A stretch of DNA of 64,000 nt from a bacterium. Its GTDB lineage: Bacteria; Patescibacteriota; Minisyncoccia; Sungbacterales; SURF-37. Each line of letters begins with the position of its first letter. Positions within the stretch are counted from its first letter, which is position 1. Below, in pieces: positions 51,183 to 59,575 of the stretch. Both the position numbers and the translations under genes were made by a program. The notes below the pieces were generated by a model. It was not told where the DNA came from, searched no databases, and saw nothing but the letters and a program-made list of their open reading frames with translations. Location of the stretch: the NCBI GenBank assembly GCA_030648055.1, contig JAUSHI010000009.1, positions 112,769 to 176,768 of the forward strand. The letters are read 5' to 3'.

Positions 51183-52109
51183 ATGGCACTAAATACGGTA
51201 AAAATCTGCGGGCATGGCCGGCAGATTAAATACTTAGAAAAATTGAAAAAGCGTGGCTTGCCTATTTCGGCGTTTCTGTTTTCGGGGAAGGATGGGGTTG
51301 GTAAAAAAACCGTCGCCTTAAATTTTATTGCCGGCCTTTTTTGTGAAGAAGGAGTATTGCCCGGAGTTTTGGCCTGCGGAGAGTGTGAAAATTGCCAAAG
51401 ATTGATCAGTGGCGCGCACCCTGATTTTTCAATATTGTCCGGGGAAGAGGAAATCGGTATTGATGAGGTAAGAGAGCTCAAGCGCCGGCTTTCGTTCTCT
51501 TCTTATTCGGGTTCGTGGAGAGGCGTGCTTGTTGATGACGCGCACCGCATGAATGAGCAGGCACAGGGGGCGCTTCTTAAAATGGTGGAGGAGCCGATAG
51601 GCAAAACACTTTTTTTCTTCGTTACATCAATGCCATATCTCCTTTTAGAAACGGTGCGCTCCAGACTTTTGGAACTTTCTTTTGGAGCCGTTTCGGACGG
51701 AGAGCTAAAGAGCTGGGCAGAAAATAATTTTGTTAAATCAAAAGGCTTAGGAGAGGTTTTTGCTGTTGCTAACGGGCGGCCGGGTAAGGTTAAGCTTTTT
51801 TTGGAAAACCCCGAAGCGTTTAAAGAGGAAAAGGTGAGGGTTTCAAAATTTGAGCCGGTTTTAAAAACTTCGCTTGCTGATCAGTTTTTATTTTCCGAAA
51901 AGCTTTTGCGCGAGGACGACAGTGAGGTCAGGAACTTTTTACAGTTTTTAATAGGTAAGGCGCGTGACCGTGTTTTGAGCGGCGGGGGCGGACCGGACGC
52001 GCGTGAAGAAGTCGGCCAGATGCTTAACCATTATTTTCAACTGGAAAACACAAATATAAACCGGCGTCTCATTATTGATTCGGCATTACTTTCGTTTAGA
52101 AATTTATGA
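51183..52109 (+). CDS. holB: DNA polymerase III delta-prime subunit
   Basis: 308 aa. FSGKDGVGKKT P-loop-like, CGECENC zinc module, VDDAHRMN. Confidence 0.85.
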   Translation: MALNTVKICGHGRQIKYLEKLKKRGLPISAFLFSGKDGVGKKTVALNFIAGLFCEEGVLPGVLACGECENCQRLISGAHPDFSILSGEEEIGIDEVRELKRRLSFSSYSGSWRGVLVDDAHRMNEQAQGALLKMVEEPIGKTLFFFVTSMPYLLLETVRSRLLELSFGAVSDGELKSWAENNFVKSKGLGEVFAVANGRPGKVKLFLENPEAFKEEKVRVSKFEPVLKTSLADQFLFSEKLLREDDSEVRNFLQFLIGKARDRVLSGGGGPDAREEVGQMLNHYFQLENTNINRRLIIDSALLSFRNL

Positions 52110-52110
52110 G

Positions 52111-52252
52111 TCCCGTACGAAATCCCTGCCTGCCGGCAGGCAGGCAGGGCGGACGCGCATATATCATATATATGAATTTTGTTCTGGGAAAATTTAGAAG
52201 TAATAATTTGGGATGCGAGATTTTCTGCGTCTGCGTCCTGTTTCGTACGGGA
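52111..52252 (+). repeat. Palindromic MITE-like element, family C copy 2
   Basis: TCCCGTACGAAAT..GTTTCGTACGGGA ends with flanks TGAG|TGAA. Carries a nested (CCTG)2/(CAGG)3 near-palindrome at 52124..52149. Its last A plus TG forms ATG 52252. Confidence 0.7.
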
Positions 52253-53343
52253 TGAAAACAATTTTAATAGCCGGTGCTGTAATGTTCGGCATTATTGTCT
52301 TAGCGATTGTTGTCCTGCCGTTTATTTTCGGCGTAACTTTTAGTGCGCCTTCCACCGCAGGGAAAGCGGATACTCAGGGCGTATTTCTTTCCGAAGACGG
52401 AGGGGCGACATGGCAGGCAAGAAATAACATAAAAGATTCTAAGCTGAAGCTTTCGGGCCTAAACATAACCGATTTTGCGATAGATTCTAAAAATAGCGGC
52501 TGGCTTTTTATGGCAACAAGTAACTCCGGCATTTGGAAAAGTGATGATGGGGGCCAGAATTGGGAGAAGGTTGTTGATAAGGCCGGCACCCTTGACCCCA
52601 AAGCTCAAGTTTTGCGGCTTGTTATTTCTAAGAAAAATTCCAATTTGTGGTTTACCGCCGTATATCAAAAAAACCGCGGCGCGGTATTAAAGAGCGAAGA
52701 CGGCGGCGAGACATTTAAAGAAGTGTATTTTGTTCCGGTGGAGCGTTTTGGAGTGTTTAACCTTGCGTATGACGATGCGGCCGGTATCGTGACCATCGTT
52801 AACGGGCAGGGTGGGCTTTTGGAGTCGCGCGACTTAGGGAAGTCTTGGAGGGTGGTTAAATGGTTTACGGACGGGCTGACCGGAATTGTCGCCGATCCCG
52901 TAGCATCTTCCATTTATTATATTTTGACCGCTAAAGGTAAAATTTTTAAGACTGCGGATCGCGGGGCGAGTTTCACGGACCTAAGTTCTAATTTTAGTTC
53001 TTTTGACAAAAGCTGGAAAAATCAAAATCTAACCATTGACCCTTTGAGCGGCACTCTTTACCTTGGCTCGGATTACGGTATTATACGCTCAAAAAACGGG
53101 GGTTTTTCATGGGAGAGCGTTCCGGTAATAATTCCACCCGAGGCTCTGCCGGTTTTAAGTATTGCTGTTAATTCCAACGATTCACGCGCATTTTTCGTAA
53201 CGGCGCAGTCGCAGATTTATAGGACGGCGGATGGCGGCGTAAATTGGTCAATTGTTCCCTCACCCATATCGGGGCGGCGGATTACCAAGTTCGTTATTGA
53301 TAAAAACGACGCCAACCGTATATATCTTATTGGCAATAAGTAA
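52252..53343 (+). CDS. Membrane-anchored BNR/Asp-box beta-propeller protein (Ycf48/sialidase-like fold)
   Basis: Start MKTILIAG (M14 of the track ORF) with a TM helix. Seven SxDxGxxW-like repeats (SEDGGATW, SDDGGQNW, SEDGGETF, SRDLGKSW, TADRGASF, SKNGGFSW, TADGGVNW). Confidence 0.75.
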   Translation: MKTILIAGAVMFGIIVLAIVVLPFIFGVTFSAPSTAGKADTQGVFLSEDGGATWQARNNIKDSKLKLSGLNITDFAIDSKNSGWLFMATSNSGIWKSDDGGQNWEKVVDKAGTLDPKAQVLRLVISKKNSNLWFTAVYQKNRGAVLKSEDGGETFKEVYFVPVERFGVFNLAYDDAAGIVTIVNGQGGLLESRDLGKSWRVVKWFTDGLTGIVADPVASSIYYILTAKGKIFKTADRGASFTDLSSNFSSFDKSWKNQNLTIDPLSGTLYLGSDYGIIRSKNGGFSWESVPVIIPPEALPVLSIAVNSNDSRAFFVTAQSQIYRTADGGVNWSIVPSPISGRRITKFVIDKNDANRIYLIGNK

Positions 53344-53360
53344 CTAATTTTTAAAAAGAT

Positions 53361-53918
53361 ATGGATAATTCTTTTTCCACGAATTTAAAATTAAGGGTTG
53401 ATAAAATAAACGCGCAGGCCAAAACGGAAGTAGCCACTCTTCGTACCGGCCGCATAACCTCGGCTCTTATTGAGGATATTGACGTTGATTACTATGGAAC
53501 TAAAACCCCCCTAAAGGCGCTTGCGTCTTTTTCGTCTCCCGAACCGCGGCAGATTGTGATCCAGCCGTTTGATAAAAATGCCGTTGAGGCGATTCAGAAG
53601 GCCATTTTTGCTTCTCCCCTTGGGTTTAATCCGATTGCCGAAAAAGATGTGCTTCGGATTGTCGTGCCGCCGCTTACGGAAGAGCGCAAGCAAGAGCTTG
53701 TCAAAGTTTTAAAGAAAAAAGTTGAAGAGGCCCATATTCATATTCGTCAGGCCCGTGACGAGGCCATGAAAGAAGCGGGTGCTAAAGAGAAAGCTAAAGA
53801 AATTTCCGAAGACGAGAGATTTCGCATGAAAAACGAAATTGAAAAAATAATTGATGAGGGAAAGGAAAAGTTGGAAGAGCTTTCTTTGTCAAAAGAGCGC
53901 GAGATTATAAACGGTTAG
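53361..53918 (+). CDS. frr: Ribosome recycling factor
   Basis: 185 aa. TLRTGRITSALIEDI.VDYYG..TPL pattern. Confidence 0.95.
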   Translation: MDNSFSTNLKLRVDKINAQAKTEVATLRTGRITSALIEDIDVDYYGTKTPLKALASFSSPEPRQIVIQPFDKNAVEAIQKAIFASPLGFNPIAEKDVLRIVVPPLTEERKQELVKVLKKKVEEAHIHIRQARDEAMKEAGAKEKAKEISEDERFRMKNEIEKIIDEGKEKLEELSLSKEREIING

Positions 53919-53995
53919 GGCTAAGCTGTCAGACCGTAACTGTGCTGATATGCTGTATTCAATAAAGTATAAAAAGGCCATGGTTTTCGGGAAAT

Positions 53996-54029
53996 ACTAT
54001 TCGCTTATTCGCGCGAATAAGCGAATAGT
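53996..54029. promoter_or_regulatory. Perfect 34-bp palindrome between frr and tlyA
   Basis: ACTATTCGCTTATTCGC|GCGAATAAGCGAATAGT, 27 nt upstream of ATG 54057. Confidence 0.4.
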
Positions 54030-54056
54030 ACGCAAGCCATAATATGATGGAGAAAA

Positions 54057-54773
54057 ATGAAAAGAAAACGACTTGATGATGTGCTTATAACAAATGGCCA
54101 TGCTGGCGATAAAAATGAGGCCTTTATAATTGTTACCGAAGGCAGAGTATTTGTTAACGGTCAGCGTGCGGTCTCGCCCGCGCAAATGGTTAGGGAAGAT
54201 GATAAGATTGAAGTAAAAGGCGGGAGGGAATATGTCGGGCGGGGGGCTTATAAGCTGGATTCAGCCCTTGCGAAGTTTGATATTGATGTTCATGATAAGG
54301 TTTGCGCCGACATAGGGTCGGCCACGGGCGGATTCGTTGAGGTTCTTTTGAAACGCGGGGCGGCAAAAGTTTACGCGGTTGATACCGCGCGCGGGAAGCT
54401 TGATATTAAATTGCGCGAAGATAAGAAGGTGGTTGTAATGGAAGGAACGGATGTTCGCGGTATTGAGTCGTTTCCGGAGAGTATTGATTTTGTAAGCGGG
54501 GATGTTTCTTTAATTTCGCTCAAAAACATTCTTCCGCATATCAAGCGCTTGGCTCCTAAGAGTGAAGTAGTTGTGCTTTTTAAACCGCAGTATGAGGCGC
54601 GCGACCCTTCAATTTTGAAGCACGGCGTAATAAAGGATGACGCGGCGCGCGAAGCATTGCTAAAAGATTTTCAGGATTGGCTTAAAGAAAACGCCTGGGA
54701 AATAAAGGGGCTTTCAGAATCTCCCATTCGCGGAAGCGAGGGAAATGTTGAATATCTTTTTTACCTTAAATAG
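54057..54773 (+). CDS. tlyA: TlyA-family rRNA (cytidine-2'-O)-methyltransferase
   Basis: S4-like N-terminus (RLDDVLI), YVGRGAYKL, DIGSATGGF SAM motif. Confidence 0.9.
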   Translation: MKRKRLDDVLITNGHAGDKNEAFIIVTEGRVFVNGQRAVSPAQMVREDDKIEVKGGREYVGRGAYKLDSALAKFDIDVHDKVCADIGSATGGFVEVLLKRGAAKVYAVDTARGKLDIKLREDKKVVVMEGTDVRGIESFPESIDFVSGDVSLISLKNILPHIKRLAPKSEVVVLFKPQYEARDPSILKHGVIKDDAAREALLKDFQDWLKENAWEIKGLSESPIRGSEGNVEYLFYLK

Positions 54774-54775
54774 AA

Positions 54776-55288
54776 ATGAGTTTTGTAAATCCGAAAATAT
54801 ACGTGAAAGAGACGGAGGGCGCCAGGAGGGGTAAGGGCGTTTTTGCTGATAAAAAGATTTTGAAAGGAGAATTGATTTATGATACAAAGGGCGAGGCGGT
54901 GATGGTCGCAAAGGAATCCGTTGTGGATCTTCCGGGATATTGTTATGAGGCCGATGACAAGCACGACATGTGCCCGAAAGATTTTAATAACCCCGCCCCT
55001 TTTTGGTTTACAAATCATTCTTGCGAACCGAATGTCGGGGCGCTACCGGATTTGTATCGCACGGTGGCAATGCGCGATATTGAAGAAGGGGAAGAATTGA
55101 CTTATGACTATGCCATGACTGATTCCGAGGATTATGAAATGGAGTGCTTTTGCGGGAAGCCGAATTGCCGCCATTGGATTCAGGGTAGTGACTGGATGAT
55201 TCCGGAATTACAGGAAAAATATAAAGGATATTTTCAAAAAAACATTCAGGAAAAAATTGATGCCTTAGCGGTATCAAAAAAGCCATGA
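54776..55288 (+). CDS. SET-domain protein (lysine methyltransferase fold)
   Basis: FTNHSCEPN, ELTYDY, and post-SET Cys cluster CFCGKPNCRHW. Confidence 0.85.
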   Translation: MSFVNPKIYVKETEGARRGKGVFADKKILKGELIYDTKGEAVMVAKESVVDLPGYCYEADDKHDMCPKDFNNPAPFWFTNHSCEPNVGALPDLYRTVAMRDIEEGEELTYDYAMTDSEDYEMECFCGKPNCRHWIQGSDWMIPELQEKYKGYFQKNIQEKIDALAVSKKP

Positions 55289-56367
55289 TTTTAACCATAT
55301 TTTTTTTCATATTGCTTATTGGGATTTTGGTGCTCGTGCACGAATTCGGTCATTTTTTTGTGGCCAAAAAACTTGGCATCAGGGTTGAGGAATTCGCTTT
55401 TGGTTTTCCGCCAAGGATTATAAGCGTTGTCAGAGGCGGGACGCGTTATGCTTTAAACCTTTTGCCTCTCGGCGGATACGTAAAAATTTTTGGAGAAGCG
55501 GGCGAAGGCGAAGGCGAAAAAGAAAGTTTTATAACGCGCGCGATTTGGCAGAGGTTTTTGGTAATTGTCGCGGGCGTTTTAATGAACTTGATTTTGGCGT
55601 GGTTCTTTTTTTCAATTGGAAGCGGCCTCGGCCTGCCTACAGCCGTTACTCCTGAAAACGAAGCGCTGGTTCAGAACGCAAAAGTTGGGATTATTGGAGT
55701 TGATGAAAATTCTCCTGCGCGGCTTGCCGACATCCGCTTCGGCGATATTGTGAAGAGCGTTGAGGTAAACGGCGAAAAACAAGAAATATGGGAGATTGAT
55801 GACTTGCAGAAATTTATCGCCGGGCACGCGGGCAAAGAAATTACTTTAAATATTGAGCGCGGCAAAGAACCTTTGGTTAAAAAAGCCATTTCCCGCGAAG
55901 TGCCTCCAGAAAGAGAGGGACCACTTGGAGTTGCTCTCGCAAAAATAGGCATTATCCGCACGCCGTGGTATCTGGCTTGGTGGGAAGGCCTTAAGACGGT
56001 GTCTTTTACCGTTGTCGCTATTGTGTTTGGCTTTTTCGGACTTTTTAGGGATTTATTCGCGACCGGAAAAGTAAGTGCGGATGTTTCCGGGCCAGTGGGC
56101 ATCTTTCTTTTCGCGCGCCAGTTTACCGAGCTTGGATTTATTTATCTTTTACAGCTCGCCGCTCTCCTTTCCGTGAATCTCGCTATTTTGAATGCGTTAC
56201 CTTTCCCCGCGCTTGATGGCGGCAGGATTTTATTTCTCGCGATTGAAAAAATTAAAGGGTCAAAAGTTGACCAGCGGATAGAAAAAGCGATTCATACTTT
56301 TGGTTTTGTTATCCTCATACTTTTAATGCTTGCCATTACTTATCGGGACATTGTAAAAGTTTTTTAA
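55285..56367 (+). CDS. rseP: RIP zinc metalloprotease RseP (M50 with PDZ)
   Basis: HEFGHFFVAK, a PDZ-like middle region, NALPFPALDGGR. Confidence 0.92.
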   Translation: MILTIFFFILLIGILVLVHEFGHFFVAKKLGIRVEEFAFGFPPRIISVVRGGTRYALNLLPLGGYVKIFGEAGEGEGEKESFITRAIWQRFLVIVAGVLMNLILAWFFFSIGSGLGLPTAVTPENEALVQNAKVGIIGVDENSPARLADIRFGDIVKSVEVNGEKQEIWEIDDLQKFIAGHAGKEITLNIERGKEPLVKKAISREVPPEREGPLGVALAKIGIIRTPWYLAWWEGLKTVSFTVVAIVFGFFGLFRDLFATGKVSADVSGPVGIFLFARQFTELGFIYLLQLAALLSVNLAILNALPFPALDGGRILFLAIEKIKGSKVDQRIEKAIHTFGFVILILLMLAITYRDIVKVF

Positions 56368-56449
56368 GAGTCATTATTAAGCGGGTTGACGAAATAGTGC
56401 CGAAAGCGCTATTTTATCTTTAGCGCAATTCATAATTGCGAGGTGGGCA

Positions 56450-56734
56450 ATGGAGAGTCCAGAATCAGTTAAAATTGAGATAATTTACGGAAGTGAATCA
56501 GGAGAACTGCGAATTAATTCGCCTCCGGTTCACAGAACCTTAGAGAGTTTTTGGGGAGGTCATGATGGTGTCAAGTTTCCGTATGTAGTAGAGGCGTCAA
56601 CGGAAGAGGCAGACAGGCTTTTCAAGGCTTTTGTAGAATATCGTTGGGCTCAAAATAGATTGTGTGAACTTGCACGGGGCCTGCCGCCCAAAAACTGCGC
56701 GTGCGGCAACTGCCCAAGTTTGGCCGGCTACTAA
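56450..56734 (+). CDS. Hypothetical protein
   Basis: 94 aa. GAGGTGGG RBS. C-terminal CACGNC. Confidence 0.5.
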   Translation: MESPESVKIEIIYGSESGELRINSPPVHRTLESFWGGHDGVKFPYVVEASTEEADRLFKAFVEYRWAQNRLCELARGLPPKNCACGNCPSLAGY

Positions 56735-56749
56735 CTGCCGGCCTTTTTT
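56722..56749 (+). terminator. Rho-independent terminator
   Basis: GGCCGGC-tactaact-GCCGGCC followed by TTTTTT. Confidence 0.7.
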
Positions 56750-56780
56750 AAATCAAAAGAATAAAAAAGTAGAGAGCTGA

Positions 56781-56820
56781 AGCGTCGCAAATATGACCTA
56801 TCGGTCATATTTGCGACGCT
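56781..56820 (+). repeat. Family H-like hairpin H3 (perfect 18-bp stem)
   Basis: AGCGTCGCAAATATGACC-tatc-GGTCATATTTGCGACGCT. Shares CAAATAnnACCyATCGG..TATTTG with H1 and H2. Confidence 0.6.
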
Positions 56821-56860
56821 CTTTAAAGCTAAAATGTTTTAGCCAGCCACCGCAATGCTA

Positions 56861-56889
56861 TTGCAATTTTTTTCGTTCCATGCTATACT
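56861..56889 (+). promoter_or_regulatory. Promoter TTGCAA-17-(TGc)TATACT
   Basis: Near-consensus hexamers with an extended -10 TG. Gives a ~140-nt leader before ATG 57035. Confidence 0.55.
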
Positions 56890-56955
56890 CCTTTTTGCAC
56901 GGTTAAAAACGTGCGAAAGGTCATTTATAAAACTAGCAGGCGAGTAAGTATCTAT

Positions 56956-57031
56956 ATTTTCTAGGAATTGCTACGAGTACTTAGTATTCAACGGTATTCG
57001 CTAGAAAATTAGTATGTATTCGTAGCAATTC
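56956..57031 (+). promoter_or_regulatory. Candidate pseudoknotted 5' leader of the zinc-ribbon gene
   Basis: ATTTTCTAG (56956) pairs with CTAGAAAAT (57001), and GAATTGCTACGA (56965) pairs with TCGTAGCAATTC (57020). The order is interleaved (A-B-A'-B') and ends 3 nt before the ATG. Confidence 0.4.
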
Positions 57032-57034
57032 GTA

Positions 57035-57259
57035 ATGTTTCAGAGAAACGACAGGCAGGATTTTAGCGCAGGACCGAGACCCATGTTTAAGCCGAAAGAT
57101 GGCGTAATGTGGGCATGCTCGGAATGTAATGCCGAAATCGCCGAACTTCCTTTTAATCCTCGCACGGATGAAAAAGGAGTTCCGACTTCTCCTCTTTACT
57201 GCCGCGATTGTCATCGCGCGCGGATGGGCAACCGTCCGAGAGGACCGAGGCGCTTCTAA
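57035..57259 (+). CDS. Small Cys4 zinc-ribbon protein
   Basis: 74 aa. CSECN..(17)..YCRDCH. Basic, Arg-rich C-terminus. Confidence 0.6.
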   Translation: MFQRNDRQDFSAGPRPMFKPKDGVMWACSECNAEIAELPFNPRTDEKGVPTSPLYCRDCHRARMGNRPRGPRRF

Positions 57260-57282
57260 TTAAATTTAGCAAGCATTCAAAA

Positions 57283-57304
57283 ACCCGCCAGTGGCGGGTT
57301 TTTG
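57283..57304 (+). terminator. Rho-independent terminator
   Basis: CCCGC-cagtg-GCGGG followed by TTTTT. Confidence 0.65.
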
Positions 57305-57355
57305 AATTGAGTGGTGTTTTGTGGGAAAAACAATTGTGTTACATTTAAAAAGGAT

Positions 57356-58627
57356 ATGCACTACAACTATTTGATAATCGGTGGGGGGATTGCCGGCGTG
57401 ACTGCCGCGGAGACAATCCGCGGCTTGAATAAGGACGCGACCATCGCGATTATGTCGCAGGAGCCGCATCTTTTGTATTCCAGGGTGCTTTTGCCTAATT
57501 ACGTGAAGAAAAAAATCCGGAAAGATCAGGTTTTTTTACGGACTATAGACGATTTTGAAAAGAAAGATATTGTTCTCCTGCTCGAAAAAGAAGCTGTTTT
57601 TTTGGATGTCGCCAAAAGAGAAGTTAAGGCGAAAAGTGGTGAAATTTGTTCTTTTGATAAATTACTCATTGCTTCTGGTGGTGCGCCCATGCCGGTGAAC
57701 ATTCCGGGTGAAAAACTCGCGGGCGTGTTCCGCCTGCAAACTTTGGACGACGCGGATTCTTTATTGGAAGCGCTACCTGAAGCTAAAAAAGCGATTGTAA
57801 TAGGCGGCGGCTTTATCGGCCTTGAATTTCTGGAAATTGCCCATGTTTATAAAATTCCGACGGTATTGTTATCAAGAGGCCCGAAATTTTTTGAAAACGT
57901 TTTGGATTCCACGGGCGGAGAACTGATGAGGAAAAATTTTGAGCGTTTTGGCATAAATGCTATTTTTGAGGACGAAGTCGTGGAATTTGGAGGAAAGGAG
58001 CGGGTTAGCGGCGTTCGCACTAAAAAAGGTATTGTGGTTGATGGTGATATTGTGGGCGTCGGGATCGGCCTTAAAATGAATGATAATTTCTCTCTCGGGA
58101 TAGGCCTCGGTTCGCCTCCGCAGGCGGGTGTCGCGCCCATTCACACGGATATGCCCGAGCGTGGCATCCGCGTGAATGAATTTTTGGAGACGGCAAATCC
58201 GGGAATTTTCGCGGCCGGAGATGTTGCTGAATATTTTAATGTTTCTTCCGGGCGTTTCGGCAGGCATGGTAATTGGACGAATGCTTTTCTTCAAGGGAGA
58301 ACGGCGGGACAAAATATGGCTGGTAAAGAACGGCTGGTGTTTAAGAACGTTCCTTTTTATTCCACAACCAATCTCGGCCTGCACATCACTTTTTTGGGGG
58401 ATACGGAAGAGGGCGAAGGAGCGGAGACTGTTTCCAGGAACGCCTTGCCCGGTAATATGTATGAAAGATTTTTTTTGCGTGAAGGGAAGTTGGCGGGAGC
58501 GGTTATTATTAATATGTTCCATGATAAACCGGCCTTAGCCGAGCTAATTGAAAAAGGAGTTTTGATTAATAACGCGCGCGAAAATCTTACTGATATGTCT
58601 TTTGAAATCAAGACGCTTTTGGGGTGA
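57356..58627 (+). CDS. FAD/NAD(P)-dependent pyridine-nucleotide-disulfide oxidoreductase family protein
   Basis: ATG 57356 follows AAAAGGA. YLIIGGGIAGV and VIGGGFIGLE Rossmann motifs; AAGDVAE. Confidence 0.8.
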   Translation: MHYNYLIIGGGIAGVTAAETIRGLNKDATIAIMSQEPHLLYSRVLLPNYVKKKIRKDQVFLRTIDDFEKKDIVLLLEKEAVFLDVAKREVKAKSGEICSFDKLLIASGGAPMPVNIPGEKLAGVFRLQTLDDADSLLEALPEAKKAIVIGGGFIGLEFLEIAHVYKIPTVLLSRGPKFFENVLDSTGGELMRKNFERFGINAIFEDEVVEFGGKERVSGVRTKKGIVVDGDIVGVGIGLKMNDNFSLGIGLGSPPQAGVAPIHTDMPERGIRVNEFLETANPGIFAAGDVAEYFNVSSGRFGRHGNWTNAFLQGRTAGQNMAGKERLVFKNVPFYSTTNLGLHITFLGDTEEGEGAETVSRNALPGNMYERFFLREGKLAGAVIINMFHDKPALAELIEKGVLINNARENLTDMSFEIKTLLG

Positions 58628-58673
58628 AAATCGGTCCATTTGTTCTTGGCGGCTTTTTAAATTAGGCGTTTAG

Positions 58674-58702
58674 TTGACATTTGCCTGCAATGAGAGTATA
58701 CT
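58674..58702 (+). promoter_or_regulatory. Promoter TTGACA-17-TATACT
   Basis: Consensus -35 and a near-consensus -10, 35 nt upstream of ATG 58737. Confidence 0.6.
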
Positions 58703-58736
58703 TAACGGGTTAATTTGAATTTAAATTAAATTTCTT

Positions 58737-59438
58737 ATGAATAATAAGTTAGGTGATAAGTTTTTTATTTCCGCCTCAATTATTGTTGCCGGTCTTCTTG
58801 TTGCGAGTGCTGTAATTTACAGCGGAGGCTTCTTTTCAAAAAATAACGGCGGAGAAGCGGCTGTGGATGTCGCGGCAGAGGACCTTGCCGGCAAGTCGCC
58901 GTTTTTGGGTAATCCCGAAGCGCCGGTTACCATGGTTGAGTTTAGCGACTATCAGTGTCCGTTTTGCAATCAATTCTTCCGCGGCTCGGAAAAGCAAATC
59001 GTGGATAAATACGTAAAGACCGGAAAAGTTAAATTTGTCTATCGCAATTTTGCTTTTCTTGGACAGGAATCTCAGTGGGCTTCTGAGGCGGCGGAGTGCG
59101 CCAACGAGCAGGGCAAGTTCTGGGAGTACCATGACCATCTTTTTAATTATATCTGGGACAATTATTACGCGAAAAATGTAAATGGCGAGAATGTGGGCGC
59201 GTTTTCAAAAGACAATCTCAACAAATTCGCGGCCGATCTTGGTCTTGATATCCAGAAATTTAGTTTCTGTCTTGATTCCGGGAAATACGCCGGTGCGGTA
59301 AAAAAGGAAACCGCGGAGGGAAGAGCGGCTGGAGTTACCGGTACGCCGACAACTTTCATAAATGGCAAAGCGATTACGGGCGCTTTGCCTTTTGATCAGT
59401 TTAGCTTGGCGATAGAAGCGGCGTTAGGCGGAAAATAA
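58737..59438 (+). CDS. Membrane-anchored DsbA-like thiol:disulfide oxidoreductase
   Basis: N-terminal TM helix, CPFC active site, thioredoxin-fold context (VEFSDYQCPFC). Confidence 0.85.
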   Translation: MNNKLGDKFFISASIIVAGLLVASAVIYSGGFFSKNNGGEAAVDVAAEDLAGKSPFLGNPEAPVTMVEFSDYQCPFCNQFFRGSEKQIVDKYVKTGKVKFVYRNFAFLGQESQWASEAAECANEQGKFWEYHDHLFNYIWDNYYAKNVNGENVGAFSKDNLNKFAADLGLDIQKFSFCLDSGKYAGAVKKETAEGRAAGVTGTPTTFINGKAITGALPFDQFSLAIEAALGGK

Positions 59439-59454
59439 CCTTTTTTGACTTTAG

Positions 59455-59496
59455 ACCCGCCCTTTCGGAGTTTTCCGAAGGAGCGGGTTTATTTTT
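59455..59496 (+). terminator. Rho-independent terminator (extended hairpin)
   Basis: ACCCGCCCTTTCGG..CCGAAGGAGCGGGT followed by a T-rich run. Confidence 0.6.
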
Positions 59497-59575
59497 ATCG
59501 ATACTTGGTTTAAAATGAAAGCACGTTCTTTAATCACTCCGTTTACTAATTATTTAAATTTTTAATTTAAAAAAT

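Noticed and set aside
50987-51481. 164-aa minus-strand ORF
   Set aside because: Overlaps the holB 5' region and the family R repeat. Pro/Ser-rich low-complexity translation with no RBS. holB on the plus strand has clear clamp-loader motifs.
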